In this document: piece after piece, positions 40,588-52,900 of the stretch
Numbering within the stretch: the stretch's first letter is position 1
Layout of the letters: each line of letters starts with the position of its first letter
NCBI GenBank assembly: GCA_965235115.1
Contig: OZ249436.1
Location: 49,106,001-49,166,000 of the forward strand
Length of the DNA: 60,000 nucleotides
Direction of reading: 5' to 3'
From: Laetmonice hystrix
Taxonomy: Eukaryota
Notes under the pieces: generated by a model
What the model was told of the DNA's origin: nothing
Seen by the model: only the letters and a program-made list of their open reading frames with translations
Database searches by the model: none
Made by a program: the position numbers and the translations under genes

Positions 40588-41805
40588 CGCCCTTCTCCTC
40601 AAATAATGTGATGAACCTTATCCACCAACAGACGCTTGGGCTATGCTATGTGATTGATTGATTAATTGATTGAATGATTGATTCATAAAGAATGATCTTC
40701 TTTGAATGATTTGTATCGATCAGCTGATTGCTGCAAAGGTAAGGTTTCCCCCACTGCTCCGTTCTGAGACAGGACTCTAGGACTTAAGATCATTGGTCGC
40801 ACTCAAGGTTTGGTAACTGATGAATTCGGCCAACCATCAGAACCCCAAACTTTACCTAGGATCTTAAGGCTCTAGATGTGAGCTCAGGTCGTACATTGCT
40901 GTGGTTACTGTCTGTGGGATCTCACAATGTGCCCAAAACATAATTATCTCTTCTGTCTAACCTCCGGAACATTTCAAATTTCTTAAAATTTGAGACTACA
41001 TTTTAGTAGGCCAACATGAATTAAATTTCTATTGAAGAGACCTCAATTTAACGTTTATTTCAATCTCGAAAAAAAATATTCAGAATTCAGAAAATGAACA
41101 TAAATAAATATAACGATTATAATCTGTAGTCCAGTGAGTGAAGTTAGCAACGGGATACTTGTCGTAGTTTATTCTAGATGTCTTGCTGTCCGTGAACGTG
41201 TGCGTGGTGAGCGTGATTTTGCCATCATAAAAATTGTCGCTTCTGTGTTTTTCTGTCAGTAATCTTATGCGTAAAATCTGCAACTAGTGTTTTGTAAGAA
41301 CAAACCATTCATTCCCAAGCATGTGTTATTATTGTCTGTGCAAAGTAGTGAAGAGTAGGCCTACCTTTGAATATTTATACACATTTGTAGTTTCTAGATG
41401 GTTATGTTTTTGTAGGCCTAGCTATGTCGGTGTGCACAATGAAGGTGACGCGGGGGTCGCCATAAATCATGGCGGACCATTATTACAATCTACATGAACG
41501 TAACCCGTATTTTGAACGGTCATTTGAATGTCAGATGATAAATAATGCTTCTGTAGCACGACATAACTTCTGTTAAATTTCACAGATTTTCACATTCTTC
41601 TCAAGTCTGATTCTATTTGAAAATCTGAAAAATTCCGAAATGAATAGTCCGATAGCCCAGGAAAACTGTACATTTTAGGGACAGAAGTAGCAGCTCCAAA
41701 GGACAGATAGGTGAAGGGGGCATGACCATGGCGCCCGGAGCTAACAATTCGGGATTGGATATCGGCCGACTGACAATTAGCGGACCAAAGCTATTAACCA
41801 ACCCA

Positions 41806-42885
41806 CCCCCATGGATCCCCTGACCAGACTCCCCCACCCCCATGTACCCCCTGACCCCCTGACCAGACTCCCCCACCCCATGTACCCCCTGACCCCCTGA
41901 CCAGACTCCCCCACCCCATGTACCCCTTGACCCCCTGACCAGACTCCCACCCCATTGACCCCCTGACCAGACTCCCACACCCCATGTACCCCTTGACCCC
42001 CTGACCAGACTCCCCCACCCCATGTACCCCCTGACCCCCTGACCAGACTCCCCCACCCCATGTACCCCCTGACCCCCTGACCAGACTCCCCCACCCCATG
42101 TACCCCTTGACCCCCTGACCAGACTCCCCCACCCCATGACCCCCTGACCCCCTGACCAGACTCCCCCACCCCCATGTACCCCCTGACCCCCTGACCAGAC
42201 TCCCCCACCCCCATGTACCCCCTGACCCCCTGACCAGACTCCCCCACCCCATGTACCCCCTGACCCCCTGACCAGACTCCCCCACCCCATGTACCCCCTG
42301 ACCCCCTGACCAGACTCCCCCACCCCCATGTACCCCCTGACCCCCTGACCAGACTCCCCCACCCCATGTACCCCCTGACCCCCTGACCAGACTCCCCCAC
42401 CCCATGTACCCCCTGACCCCCTGACCAGACTCCCCCACCCCATGTACCCCCTGACCCCCTGACCAGACTCCCCCACCCCATGTACCCCCTGACCCCCTGA
42501 CCAGACTCCCTCACCCCATGTACCCCCTGACCCCCTGACCAGACTCCCCCACCCCATGACCCCCTAACCAGACTCCCCCACCCCCATGTACCCCCTGACC
42601 AGACTCCCCCACCCCATGTACCCCCTGACCCCCTGACCAGACTCCCCCACCCCATGTACCCCCTGACCAGACTCCCCCACCCCCATGTACCCCCTGACCC
42701 CCTGACCAGACTCCCCCACCCCATGTACTCCCCCACCCCCATGTACCCCCTGACCCCCTGACCAGACTCCCCCACCCCATGTACCCCCTGACCCCCTGAC
42801 CAGACTCCCCCACCCCATGTACCCCCTGACCCCCTGACCAGACTCCCCCACCCCCATGTACCCCCTGACCCCCTGACCAGACTCC
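41806..42885 (+). repeat. C-rich ~41-42 bp minisatellite
   Basis: Unit CCCCATGTACCCCCTGACCCCCTGACCAGACTCCCCCA. Confidence 0.97.
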
Positions 42886-43595
42886 AGTTTCCATCAGATC
42901 CAAGCTCCGTGCCAGAACTGGTGCTCACAATGTTATCCTTTGATACGATCATTTCCCCGGACGTTTAAAGCCCTCGTGTTCATGCCGTTATTAGCTCTCT
43001 AAGGCCTTTTAGCCTGAGCTTCAACTTCCTCTTACAAGACGGATGAGTGGTCCTTCTCTATTGTCAGGCGTTTTACCTTTTAAGTGTTTCATTGACGGCT
43101 TGCAAGAAAAACTTTGAAATGAAATATCAGCTGCAGCTATTTAATTAGTTATTTTTCTATTTTCCTGGCCATGTTCAATGAGATATTGACTAAAACCGAT
43201 TTTATGAAATCAATGTGTAATTTTATTTTTTTATTAACCGATTCGGTGATCTGAATATGCCATAGAGCATTCAGTATCTCTCCCAACCCTCACCCTCCTC
43301 CTGACATAGGTTTACAAATACTCTAACCTATGGACTGGTCATGACCGTTAGTTAATAACCTAGTCTCAAAACGTTATACAGCATAAGGCATGTTTAAAAC
43401 GTTTTAGCTGTGTGTAAAGAAATACATGACGGTGACCATGAAGCTGGGACAGGTGGGCATCAGTTTGCTGTTTGTAATGCGCATGGCAGCGTCCTAACTT
43501 ATAGTGTATTTCTCACTTTCTCAGATCAGGAGGTAAGTGTTAGTTTGATGATGCGATCAGAATCTCATTTTCTATCTCTGTCTTCTTCATTGCAG

Positions 43596-43676
43596 CTACG
43601 AGAGTATAAAAAGGAAAGAAAGATCTCCAATGACAAGTTGGACGACGAAAGTGAAGAAATCCGCAAAATTAAAAAG
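43596..43676 (+). CDS. RASGRF: RasGRF exon (linker before the IQ motif)
   Basis: cattgcag|CTA...AAG|gtaagc; 81 nt, phase 0/0; encodes LREYKKERKISNDKLDDESEEIRKIKK, whose end resembles the RasGRF DIKKIKK that precedes VQSF. Confidence 0.88.
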
Positions 43677-45881
43677 GTAAGCAGCATTCTATAAATTGTT
43701 AAGCGCATCTAGCATTTCAAGGGTTAACGAAAGGAACTCCATTAGAGTCATTATGGAAGACAAATCGACCTATGAACATAGGACCTAATATTACACCAAG
43801 TTTGTTTTAAATAAAATCTTATGTTTTGTTATTTTACTTTTAGTATGTTAAAGGCTAATGTTTCACATGTAATGTTTACCATTGCAACGAAAGGGTTTCA
43901 CCGTGAGACATGTTTCTATTCCGGCCGCCAGAGGCCGCCAGCGGTACACCTTGGCGTTTATAAACCAGCGCGCTGTCTGTGCCAACAGCTGGACAATTCC
44001 AACAGTGTAACATAACACACCGCATCATGATAGTGACTTAATCCGATGATCTTAATCTACATTACACCGCATACTGATAATATAATAATATATAATTAAC
44101 CTGGTGAAACCTGACGTGATCCTGTAACCTAATAACACAACGATGCCGGTATTTTCCGAATTGCCTTCTGCAATTACTGTGGTCGGAGTATATGTAGCAT
44201 CTCGAAAACCAACTGTATGCGGCGAGGTTTAATGTGCCTAACAGCAGTGTCTATATACTGTATGGGCTGTAGAATCCCCTGGAAGGATATATAGTATAAG
44301 TATTGGATCAAATGCTTTCCCTACACGGCTGTGGCGGTCCGCCAGGGAGGTTCTTTGGTCCCTGGGTTGCGTGATCGCAGGGTAAAACGATGGGAGCAGG
44401 AGGAGTGCCCGGGGTGGGGTTCGGGCCACTCGTTCATCCTTGCTGACGGCTGGTATTGTGTGGGGCGCACTCGGCCAGTCCGTGTGGGGGCGCGCTCATG
44501 TACATGGTGTGCGTGCGTGCGTGCGTGCGTGCGTGTGCGTGGAAGAATAGTATGAACCTGTTCGCCCAGCACCGTATAGAGAAAGGACCGCGGTACAATG
44601 CTAACATTGAAAGCGGCTTGTGTGAATTCTGTAACCCGGCCAGTGATGAGCCGCCCACAGCAAGCCACTCTTTGTCATGGCTAGATTAGGAGTAATGGTG
44701 ATGTGAGCCCTGAAATCGTGCTCCCGCCACCCTAGGATCTTCAATTCTGCTTCCGCCTCGGTCAACAGTCTACAATGACATTTCTCTGCTCACAGTACAT
44801 GACATCCATGGACTGAAAACTAACCTACACTATTAGTTAGTCACAAGACACGAAACCTTTGGAAATCGGTTGAATTTTGAAATATTTTCGAGGTCCGGTC
44901 CAGATTTATCCGATCTAGATGGTTTGTAGCCATCAAGATTAACCAGAATTTAGCTGCAAGACGGAATACCAGTATACATATATGTACAATAAAGGCAGAA
45001 CAATTCTGGAGGTTTGTTATAACGTCACGGCGTCCACTGGCGGATCCGGGGGGGGTGTGTTTACCCCCCCCCCTCAGAGCCACCAATTATAAGCGCCTAC
45101 TGGACCCCACCCGTTAGGGCTCCCTCGCTTCGCGAGCTCGACACTGTTGGCGTCTCTGTAACCCCCCCCCCCCCCTTGAAAAGATCCGAGATCCGTCAGA
45201 TGCAGGCAAACCGCCGTCGGGCACCGTAACCGTTGGATAACTCGGCCCCCTAAGGTTTGCAGGTGGGACAATAGATGGCGCCACGGGTTGTAGCAATCAA
45301 GGACATCGGGTGATTATAAAACCTCACAGGAAATTGAACTGAACTGTACACTTCCAAACCGGGGTAACTGATGCCACTACATGATGTTTGTTTCAAATAT
45401 ATAACATTGTACAGTTCCCTTGCACTGAAAGAAACTGGCCATTTTCAGATCTCTTGAAATGTAAATAGAGCAAAAACCTGGTCGCCTTCGTTAACATAAA
45501 GTCCGAAAAGAGCGTTTGTCTCATGTTCCACCGCAGTAGAAGCCACTCGATTATGTCCGTGGTAGATACGGCTCGTGCTCCTGTATCTCCCGGCGCTGTG
45601 TGTGACAGCATCAGGTTAGATCCATATCTTGTTTAATCTGGTCATAGATACGCTTCAAGGGCGTCGGTTGTCTCTTTAATTGGTTGGTTATGGTTCGCAG
45701 GCTCATGTCTCTCGGTCGAGCAGTCCGCCTAGATTTGCCTGCGGTAACGAACCTGGCCAAACTGTTCTGATAGCGAAAGGAGAGAGGACAGGTGACAAGT
45801 ATTCGGGCAACAGTCCTCTTTGTCCTTTGGTGGTCAGTAACCCCTTCCAAAACGTGAGCTTTCAGTGGCACGCGGTAGCCA

Positions 45882-46537
45882 GGTTATGGCGGCAGGTGGT
45901 GGGGTTATGATGGCAGGCGGTGAGGTTATGGTGGCAGGTGGTGGGGTTATGGTGGCAGGCGGCGGGGCTATGGTGGCAGGTGGTGGGGTTATGGTGGCAG
46001 GCGGTGGGGTTATGGTGGCAGGCGGTGGGTTTATATGGTGGCAGGTGGTGGAGTTATGGTGGCAGGTGGTGGGGTTATGGTGGCAGGCGGTGGGGGTTAT
46101 GGTGGCAGGCGGTGGGGGTTATGGTGGCAGGTGGTGGGTTTATGGTGGCAGGTAGTGGGTTTATGGTGGCAGGTGGTGGGGGTTATGGTGGCAGGTGGTG
46201 GGGTTATGGTGGCAGGCGGTGGGGGTTATGGTGGCAGGCGGTGGGTTTATATGGTGGCAGGCGGTGGGTTTATGGTGGCAGCTGGTGGGGTTATGGTGGC
46301 AGGTAGTGGGATTATGGTGGCAGGCGGTGGGGGTTATGGTGGCAGGTGGTGGGGGTTATGGTGGCAGGCGGTGGGGGTTATGGTGGCAGGCGGTGGGGGT
46401 TATGGTGGCAGGCGGTGGGGGTTATGGTGGCAGGCGGTGGGGGTTATGGTGGCAGGCGGTGGGGGTTATGGTGGCAGGCGGTGGGGGTTATGGTGGCAGG
46501 CGGTGGGTTTATGGTGCACATGCATGGCAGGCGGTGG
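45882..46537 (+). repeat. G-rich 21-22 bp minisatellite
   Basis: Unit GGTTATGGTGGCAGGCGGTGG(G). Confidence 0.97.
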
Positions 46538-47243
46538 AGGGTGCTGTCGCAGCAGGTAAATAACCAGCTGCTCGGTCAGCAGTTTACGCACGTCCTTCGT
46601 TCGCTATCTCGCAGGTAGAACGGATGTGGTGACAATGTCTCGCGGCAGATAATCACATTGTATAGACGTTCCTTGATGGAGGGTGTGAATATTATCTGAC
46701 AGCTCCCAGAGTAGGAGATGGTACATCTACGCGGGGCCTTGCTGTACAGTATCTAGGCCGATCTTTGGATAGCAACCTATCTCCGGTCGAATTTAATACC
46801 ATCCAACCAACCCAAATATACAACTAGCATACAAAAGGCCGGCAGCTTATATTTTCCACCTCCCTGATTTCCCAGTGTCCGTAAGTCGCTGTAAGATGGT
46901 CTAGAGAGGGTTTGGTGAGATAAAAAAAAGGTTTCGAGCAAGACCCCAGAGTACGGGTATGTAATGGTGTCGTGCCCAGGGTCTTGTCACCTTGCCACGT
47001 TTGTACACGAGAACGTGATTTGTAAGACAATCCTGTCGTGTTTTCCCACCTGCGTGTCGTGCTGTGTAGCCCTGACATCCTCCAGGGCTTTACATGACCA
47101 ACCCCACTCGTGTTTCACCAACTGGAGGCACCTCCTCAGTGTCCATCACCTCAAATCGCTCGGCTCCTCACTAAATGGTCAATTCACCTGTTGATTAACA
47201 CTTTCAGCAATGGGAAACTACGTTGAAAGATACGTGTAGGCCT

Positions 47244-47516
47244 CAGTGGCGGATCCAATGGGGGGGGGGGGCAAAAGGGCTATGCCCCCTCCCTAAAATT
47301 TGTCTAATGTAGCAAATTGCACCTATTTTCAAAATTTTCTAAGAGAGGCCCCTAGACCCCGCCGCAGGGAGGGAATATCCCTCCCACCGGTGGCGTCTCC
47401 CACTGGCTGGCGCCCGTCATATTGATACAACACCAAATTTCAGCTGGATAACATCTTAGGCTCTGATAAAACTTTGCCCCCCCCCCCCCCTAACCGAAAA
47501 TCCTGGATCCCCCCTG
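47244..47516. mobile_element. hAT-like MITE with 5-bp TSD
   Basis: GGCCT|CAGTGGCGGATCCA ... TGGATCCCCCCTG|GGCCT. Confidence 0.72.
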
Positions 47517-47570
47517 GGCCTATACACGTTTGTTTCTCTGCCGAGTGAAATTGACCTCCTTACCATTGAC

Positions 47571-47856
47571 CAGTGACGGATTCATGGGGGGGGGGGGGGG
47601 GGGGGGCACCCGGCCCGGCCTCTATTTTCCAAACTCTAATTTCTATATTTCATGCGTAAAAATAATGGAATCTCGTTGAAAGATTTGGGAGGAATTTCTA
47701 CTCTACATGTTCAGAAAACACGTATCCGACGTTCCTAAAACACATATATACACACACATCCATTCGTGGGAGGGGCCCCAGACCCTCCGGAAATTGGGCC
47801 ACTAGTGGATTATCCACCAAAATCTCACATTTTCTGAAATCCTAGATCCGCCACTG
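47571..47856. mobile_element. hAT-like MITE with 5-bp TSD
   Basis: TTGAC|CAGTGACGGATTC ... AGATCCGCCACTG|TTGAC. Confidence 0.72.
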
Positions 47857-48458
47857 TTGACGTACTTTATGGCACTGGATGTTTATCATATTGATACTTC
47901 CAACACATGCGACCAGTATAGGCCTACTTCCTGATGGTGACAAAAGTAAAAAAAACTCAACAGGAATGGAGGAAAACACCAGGAACCAGGTTATTTAACC
48001 ATGTCACAAATCTTGGCAGCAGACAGGGGACCGCCAGGCAGCGGGGGCCGCCAGGTCGCGGGGACCGCAAGGCCGCGGGGACCGCCAGGCAGCAGCCGGC
48101 CGGTGATTCCTACCTGCATGCGCCGCCGCCATAGACGGGTATAAAGATCACCTCCAATATTCTCGTCGGGGACTAATAAATCGACGACCGAAAGGTCACG
48201 GCAAATCAGTCCCGATATCATCCCCTGGGTCTGCTGACGTGATGAAGGTCGTTAGCTTACCCAGCGGCTCTGGAGCGGGGCTCAATCCGCACCCACCCAA
48301 CCCCCGCTACTTCCGGCCAACCACACTGATTACCCACTATACAAGCCTTTGTTTTCATATAGGCATTCTGTGCATGGACGTGCTTTGGGTCGATTCGCTT
48401 CCAAGGTCTAATCGTATCATGGGGTCTCCTAGTAACGTGATACTAGATAACTTGTTAT

Positions 48459-48723
48459 ATTGATATTGAGATATTGAGGGCCTTTTAAATTCTATATTGA
48501 TATTGAGATATTGAGGGCCTATTAAATTCTAATATTGATATTTTGATATTGAGGGCCTATTAAATTATAATATTGATATTGAGATATTGAGGGCCTATTA
48601 AATTCTAATATTGATATTGAGATATTGATGGCCTATTAAATTCTAATATTGATATTGAGACATTGAGGGCCTATTAAATTCTAATATTGATATTGAGATA
48701 TTGAGGGCCTATTAAATTCTAAT
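48459..48723 (+). repeat. AT-rich ~38-bp minisatellite, 7 copies
   Basis: Unit ATATTGATATTGAGATATTGAGGGCCTATTAAATTCTA. Confidence 0.95.
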
Positions 48724-49470
48724 CGGCACAGTCTCATTCTTCGCATCAGTATCCTATAGGCCTATGTTTAGGGGAACGGGATTATGATGGGGGGGGGGGG
48801 CAAGAATGTCTTATGTTGGCCTACTATCTAAAATGAGGCGGATTACTTTAGTTTTACCAAGTCCTCCTTTTTTAAAACAAAGTTTAATGACCCGCTGAGT
48901 GCGTACTAGGTCCAGCAAGTGATACCAAAACGTGTATAGCACCTACTGCTTTGATTGGCTAAAATTACGCCTTGATGATGCCTGTTTCCATACAACCATC
49001 GTATCAAGGTGGTAGTCGTCAGTTTGTTCAGGGGTCCGCCTGTCAGGCTTTAGTTAGTGTCACCCCGCTCCGCCTGGCACCTATGTCGGTACGCTTATGC
49101 TTAGTTTATCCATACTGCCCATTATGCTGAGATGTATAGCCGGGTGCGGTGGAATATTGCTGTGTCAAATAGGAGGCGAGAGAAAGCGAATATGGGTCCT
49201 TACAAGGGCTCAACTGCGCTACTAGCAATCGCCTGCAGTGGCAGCAGATCGCAGGGAAAGGTCAACTCCATATACGTCACCATAGGGCTTCAAAGGCCTG
49301 GCTCTGACGGCCTCGGAAATCTCGGCTAGCACGTGACAACACACATTTTGTTTGCTAAAACAAGGTATCCTGCCGCCTCGGGGACGTTATAATATATACA
49401 GCGGTTGAATGGAGGTTTCCATACTGATCCCTTTTGTCAGATCCTTGTAAGGTAACCTAAAAGAACCCTG

Positions 49471-49641
49471 GGGTCCGTTCCACTAAGCCCGAAAGACGTC
49501 TTTGAAATGGTCGCTGAGCCCAAAGAGGTCTTTGCGGCGACGGGTGTTCCACTAAGCTCCTATTCTTTAACATTGGCGCCGCAAAGACGTCTTTCCAAAG
49601 ACGTCTTTGCTAAAGACGTCTTTCGTTAGTGGAACGGACCC
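49471..49641. mobile_element. Small palindromic MITE
   Basis: TIR GGGTCCGTTCCACTAA / TTAGTGGAACGGACCC; internal AAAGACGTCTTT palindromes. Confidence 0.7.
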
Positions 49642-49906
49642 GTGTCGAAGAGGGTGGCGCCCCCTGGATATCCGGCCCAAGTCGGTTTCATAACCTTCAT
49701 AACCTCAATAAGAACATTGATATCACACTAAAAATGTGATTTAGCTGTTTCAAATAATGCACGTAGGCCTAATATTATTTACTAGGCGGCCTAGTTGTAG
49801 CTGTGCCTACAATTAATTTTTCGGGAATTGATGTGGGGAGCTATGTTCTGTGCGGATGTACACAACAGCGCGGGCCAACACGGCGTTCAGAGGAATAAAC
49901 TGGTCC
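49641..49906 (-). mobile_element. Kolobok-like MITE copy (inverted relative to 59079-59346), with its terminus interrupted by the 5.5-kb insertion
   Basis: ~250 bp reverse-complement similarity to 59099-59332; ends in ACTGGTCCT|TTA. Confidence 0.75.
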
Positions 49907-52900
49907 TTTATGCAGGCAGAACTCGGACACCTTATTGTTGTTGAATGGGTGACACATATTTATTCAATATTAAAACAAAAGGATGTAAATATTCAGAAAG
50001 TGAGCCCACGCTGCACTGACTGACAGTGATATAGAAGATAACATTGAAATGTGTCACCACCCAGGGTGAGCCCTCACTGCACCATCCGGGTTAAGAAGAA
50101 TGTAAAAATTAAATATGATTCAAACAGAAGAAGATATAAGTTATCTAAGGATAATATTGTGACGATAGTTTCTCCTGGACAGTGAGCCCACACTGCACTG
50201 CCTGGAAGGGTTGTTGTAAGTTTGAGGAGACTGGGTGTAATAATGAACAAAGTTGTTGTAAGTGGTATAGATTCTGAATTATGTGTCTGTCAAAAAGGGG
50301 TAGTAGGTGGCGACAGTGCCACGAAGAACCGGAATACTGTAGGAGGAAGATGGGGAGGCGGCGGGATTGAAAAAATCATGGATGTCCGACTGAAGACGTA
50401 ATGGCGACGATGAGACGCATGTGGAAGATGACCTTGACCTCAACTGTACATGACGTCACGTGTTCCCCTGGCGGAGGCAGGGGAAATTTGAGTTATCCGG
50501 AGATGTAGCGCCCACTTGCGGCTTAGATGAGAATTACCGAGTTCTCCTGCATAAAACTCGTCGAGCCTGCGGCTCCAACGTTCCTTTATGCAGGCAGAAC
50601 TCGGACACCTTATTGTTGTTGAATGGGTGACACATATTTATTCAATATTAAAACAAAAGGATGTAAATATGTAAAACGCACACAAGCTAAAACCCACTCG
50701 CTATATAAAGGAGAATAACGAAACGATGGCGAGAACCATCGGCGAGACGGGTCGTCACTGCCAACACTTGCTAAGTGAATGATAAATCGCACCCAAAGGT
50801 GCAACGTCCCAACCACACGGAGCAAGGCACGGCAGATAAATAAAGTACCACTCGCTAAGTAAAAGAAAATGGACCAAACATTGGCACAAATTCAATCACA
50901 TGGGGCGAGACGGTACAGTGCAACTTTGCTAAGTGAATGAGAAATCGCACCCAAAAGCGAACATCCCACCACAGGGGCAAAGCACGCACACCTAACAGTG
51001 CAACACTTGCTAAGTGAATGAGAAACCGCACCCAAAGGTGCAACGTCCCCACCACACGGTGCAAGGCACGCACACAGAATAACGTGCAACCTTGAATAAA
51101 TGAATCCGAGGAAATATAAGTAATGGAATAATCACCACATGGGCAAAGCACGAACACCTAACAGTCCACCACTTGCTAAGTAAATGAGAAACAGCACCCA
51201 AAGGTGCAACGTCCCCACCACACGGTGCAAGGCACGCACACAGAATAACGTGTGACCTTGAATAAGTAAATCTGAGGAAATATAAGTAATGGAATAATGA
51301 CCATCATATACGTCAATAGTACCTCAGATGAATCAAAATGTAAAAAAAAAAAAAAAAAAAAAATGGGAAGGCAGTGGGACAATAACCTGTATCATGGCCC
51401 AGAATAATATTAGGTATACGTAATAATCGATTATTACGATAGAAATATAATTGTCCAAGCATTGAAATACCTGATGAGTCAAAACATAAAACTGTGGTTC
51501 CAGAAGAACAATACGTATCATGATGTCCAATAATAGCGAAGTAAAGATATAAGAAAACCAATAATAATGACACAATCCGGTGATCCAATCACTAAAGCAG
51601 TAGTCTTAATGAGATGATTCAACATAAAAAACCCGTGAACCCATCAGGACTATAATATATTATGATGGGTAAATATAGATAAGTAAATATATTACAATAA
51701 TAATAATAACGACAGAATATCACTTGTCTAACCACTGTCCCAGTGCACCAATAACCTATAACCTAACCAATAACCTATCATAATGTCCCAGTATAGGGAA
51801 GTAAAGATAGGAGAATAATAATAATAATGGCACGGATCCATTGATCCAACCAAAACCCATCAGGACCATAACACATTATAATGGGTAAATATAGAAAAGT
51901 AATATATTATAATAATCAACAATTATGATAGAAATATGACTTGTCCACCCAGTACCAGTGAACCAGTACTATAAGATGGATAAAATATAAAACTGTGTTT
52001 CAAGGAAAAATACCATATCATGATGTCCCAGTATAGGAAAGTAAAGCTATAAGAAGATAAAAACAATGGTACGGATCCATTGATCCAACCAAAACATCAG
52101 GACCATAACAAATTATGGCACGAATCCATTGATCCAACCAAAACACCAGGACTATAACACATTATGGCACGGATCCATTGATCCAACCAAAACATCAGGA
52201 CTATAACACATTATGGCACGGATCCATTGATCCAACCAAAACATCAGGACTATAACACATTATGGCACGGATCCATTGATCCAACCAAAACCCATCAGGC
52301 CCATAACACATTATAATGGGTAACTATAGAAAAGTAAATATATTATAATAATCAATAATGATGATAGAAATATAACTTCTCCACCCAGTACCATTGAACC
52401 AGTACTATAAGATGGATAAAATATAAAACTGTGTTTCAAGGAACAATAACATATCATGATGTCCCAGTATAGGAAAGTAAAGATAAGAAAATAATAATAA
52501 TGGCACGGATCCATTGATCCAACCACTAAACCAGTCTCTCATGTGATGACATGATTCCCCATAGAAAACTCGGAACCGATCAGGACCATAACACATTATG
52601 ATGGGTAAATATAGAAAAGTAAATATATTATTATAATAATCAATAATAACGATAGAGATATCACTTGTCCAAGGAGTACCAGTGAACCATTACCATAAGA
52701 TGAGTCAAAATATAAAAAGAAAAGTAAAGATATAATAATAATAATAATAACGGCACGGATCCATTGATCCAACCACTAAACCAGTCCCTCAGGTGAGACA
52801 AAATATAGTCAGATTAAAAGTGTAACCCGATCGTATCCTAACAGCTTATGATGGTTACAAACGTAAATATATAAATAATAATTATAAATTCAACTGATCC

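Noticed and set aside
41613..42952. Long Gly/Trp/Val-rich ORFs (up to 391 aa)
   Set aside because: Translations of a stop-free minisatellite in several frames; the same applies to ORFs at 10198-11191, 34154-34546 and 45865-46618
45035..45201. Another GGATCC-type MITE
   Set aside because: Right terminus degenerate and no TSD identifiable
51472..51510. CTGATGAG hammerhead-like core
   Set aside because: No stem II followed by GAAA and no matching stems I/III
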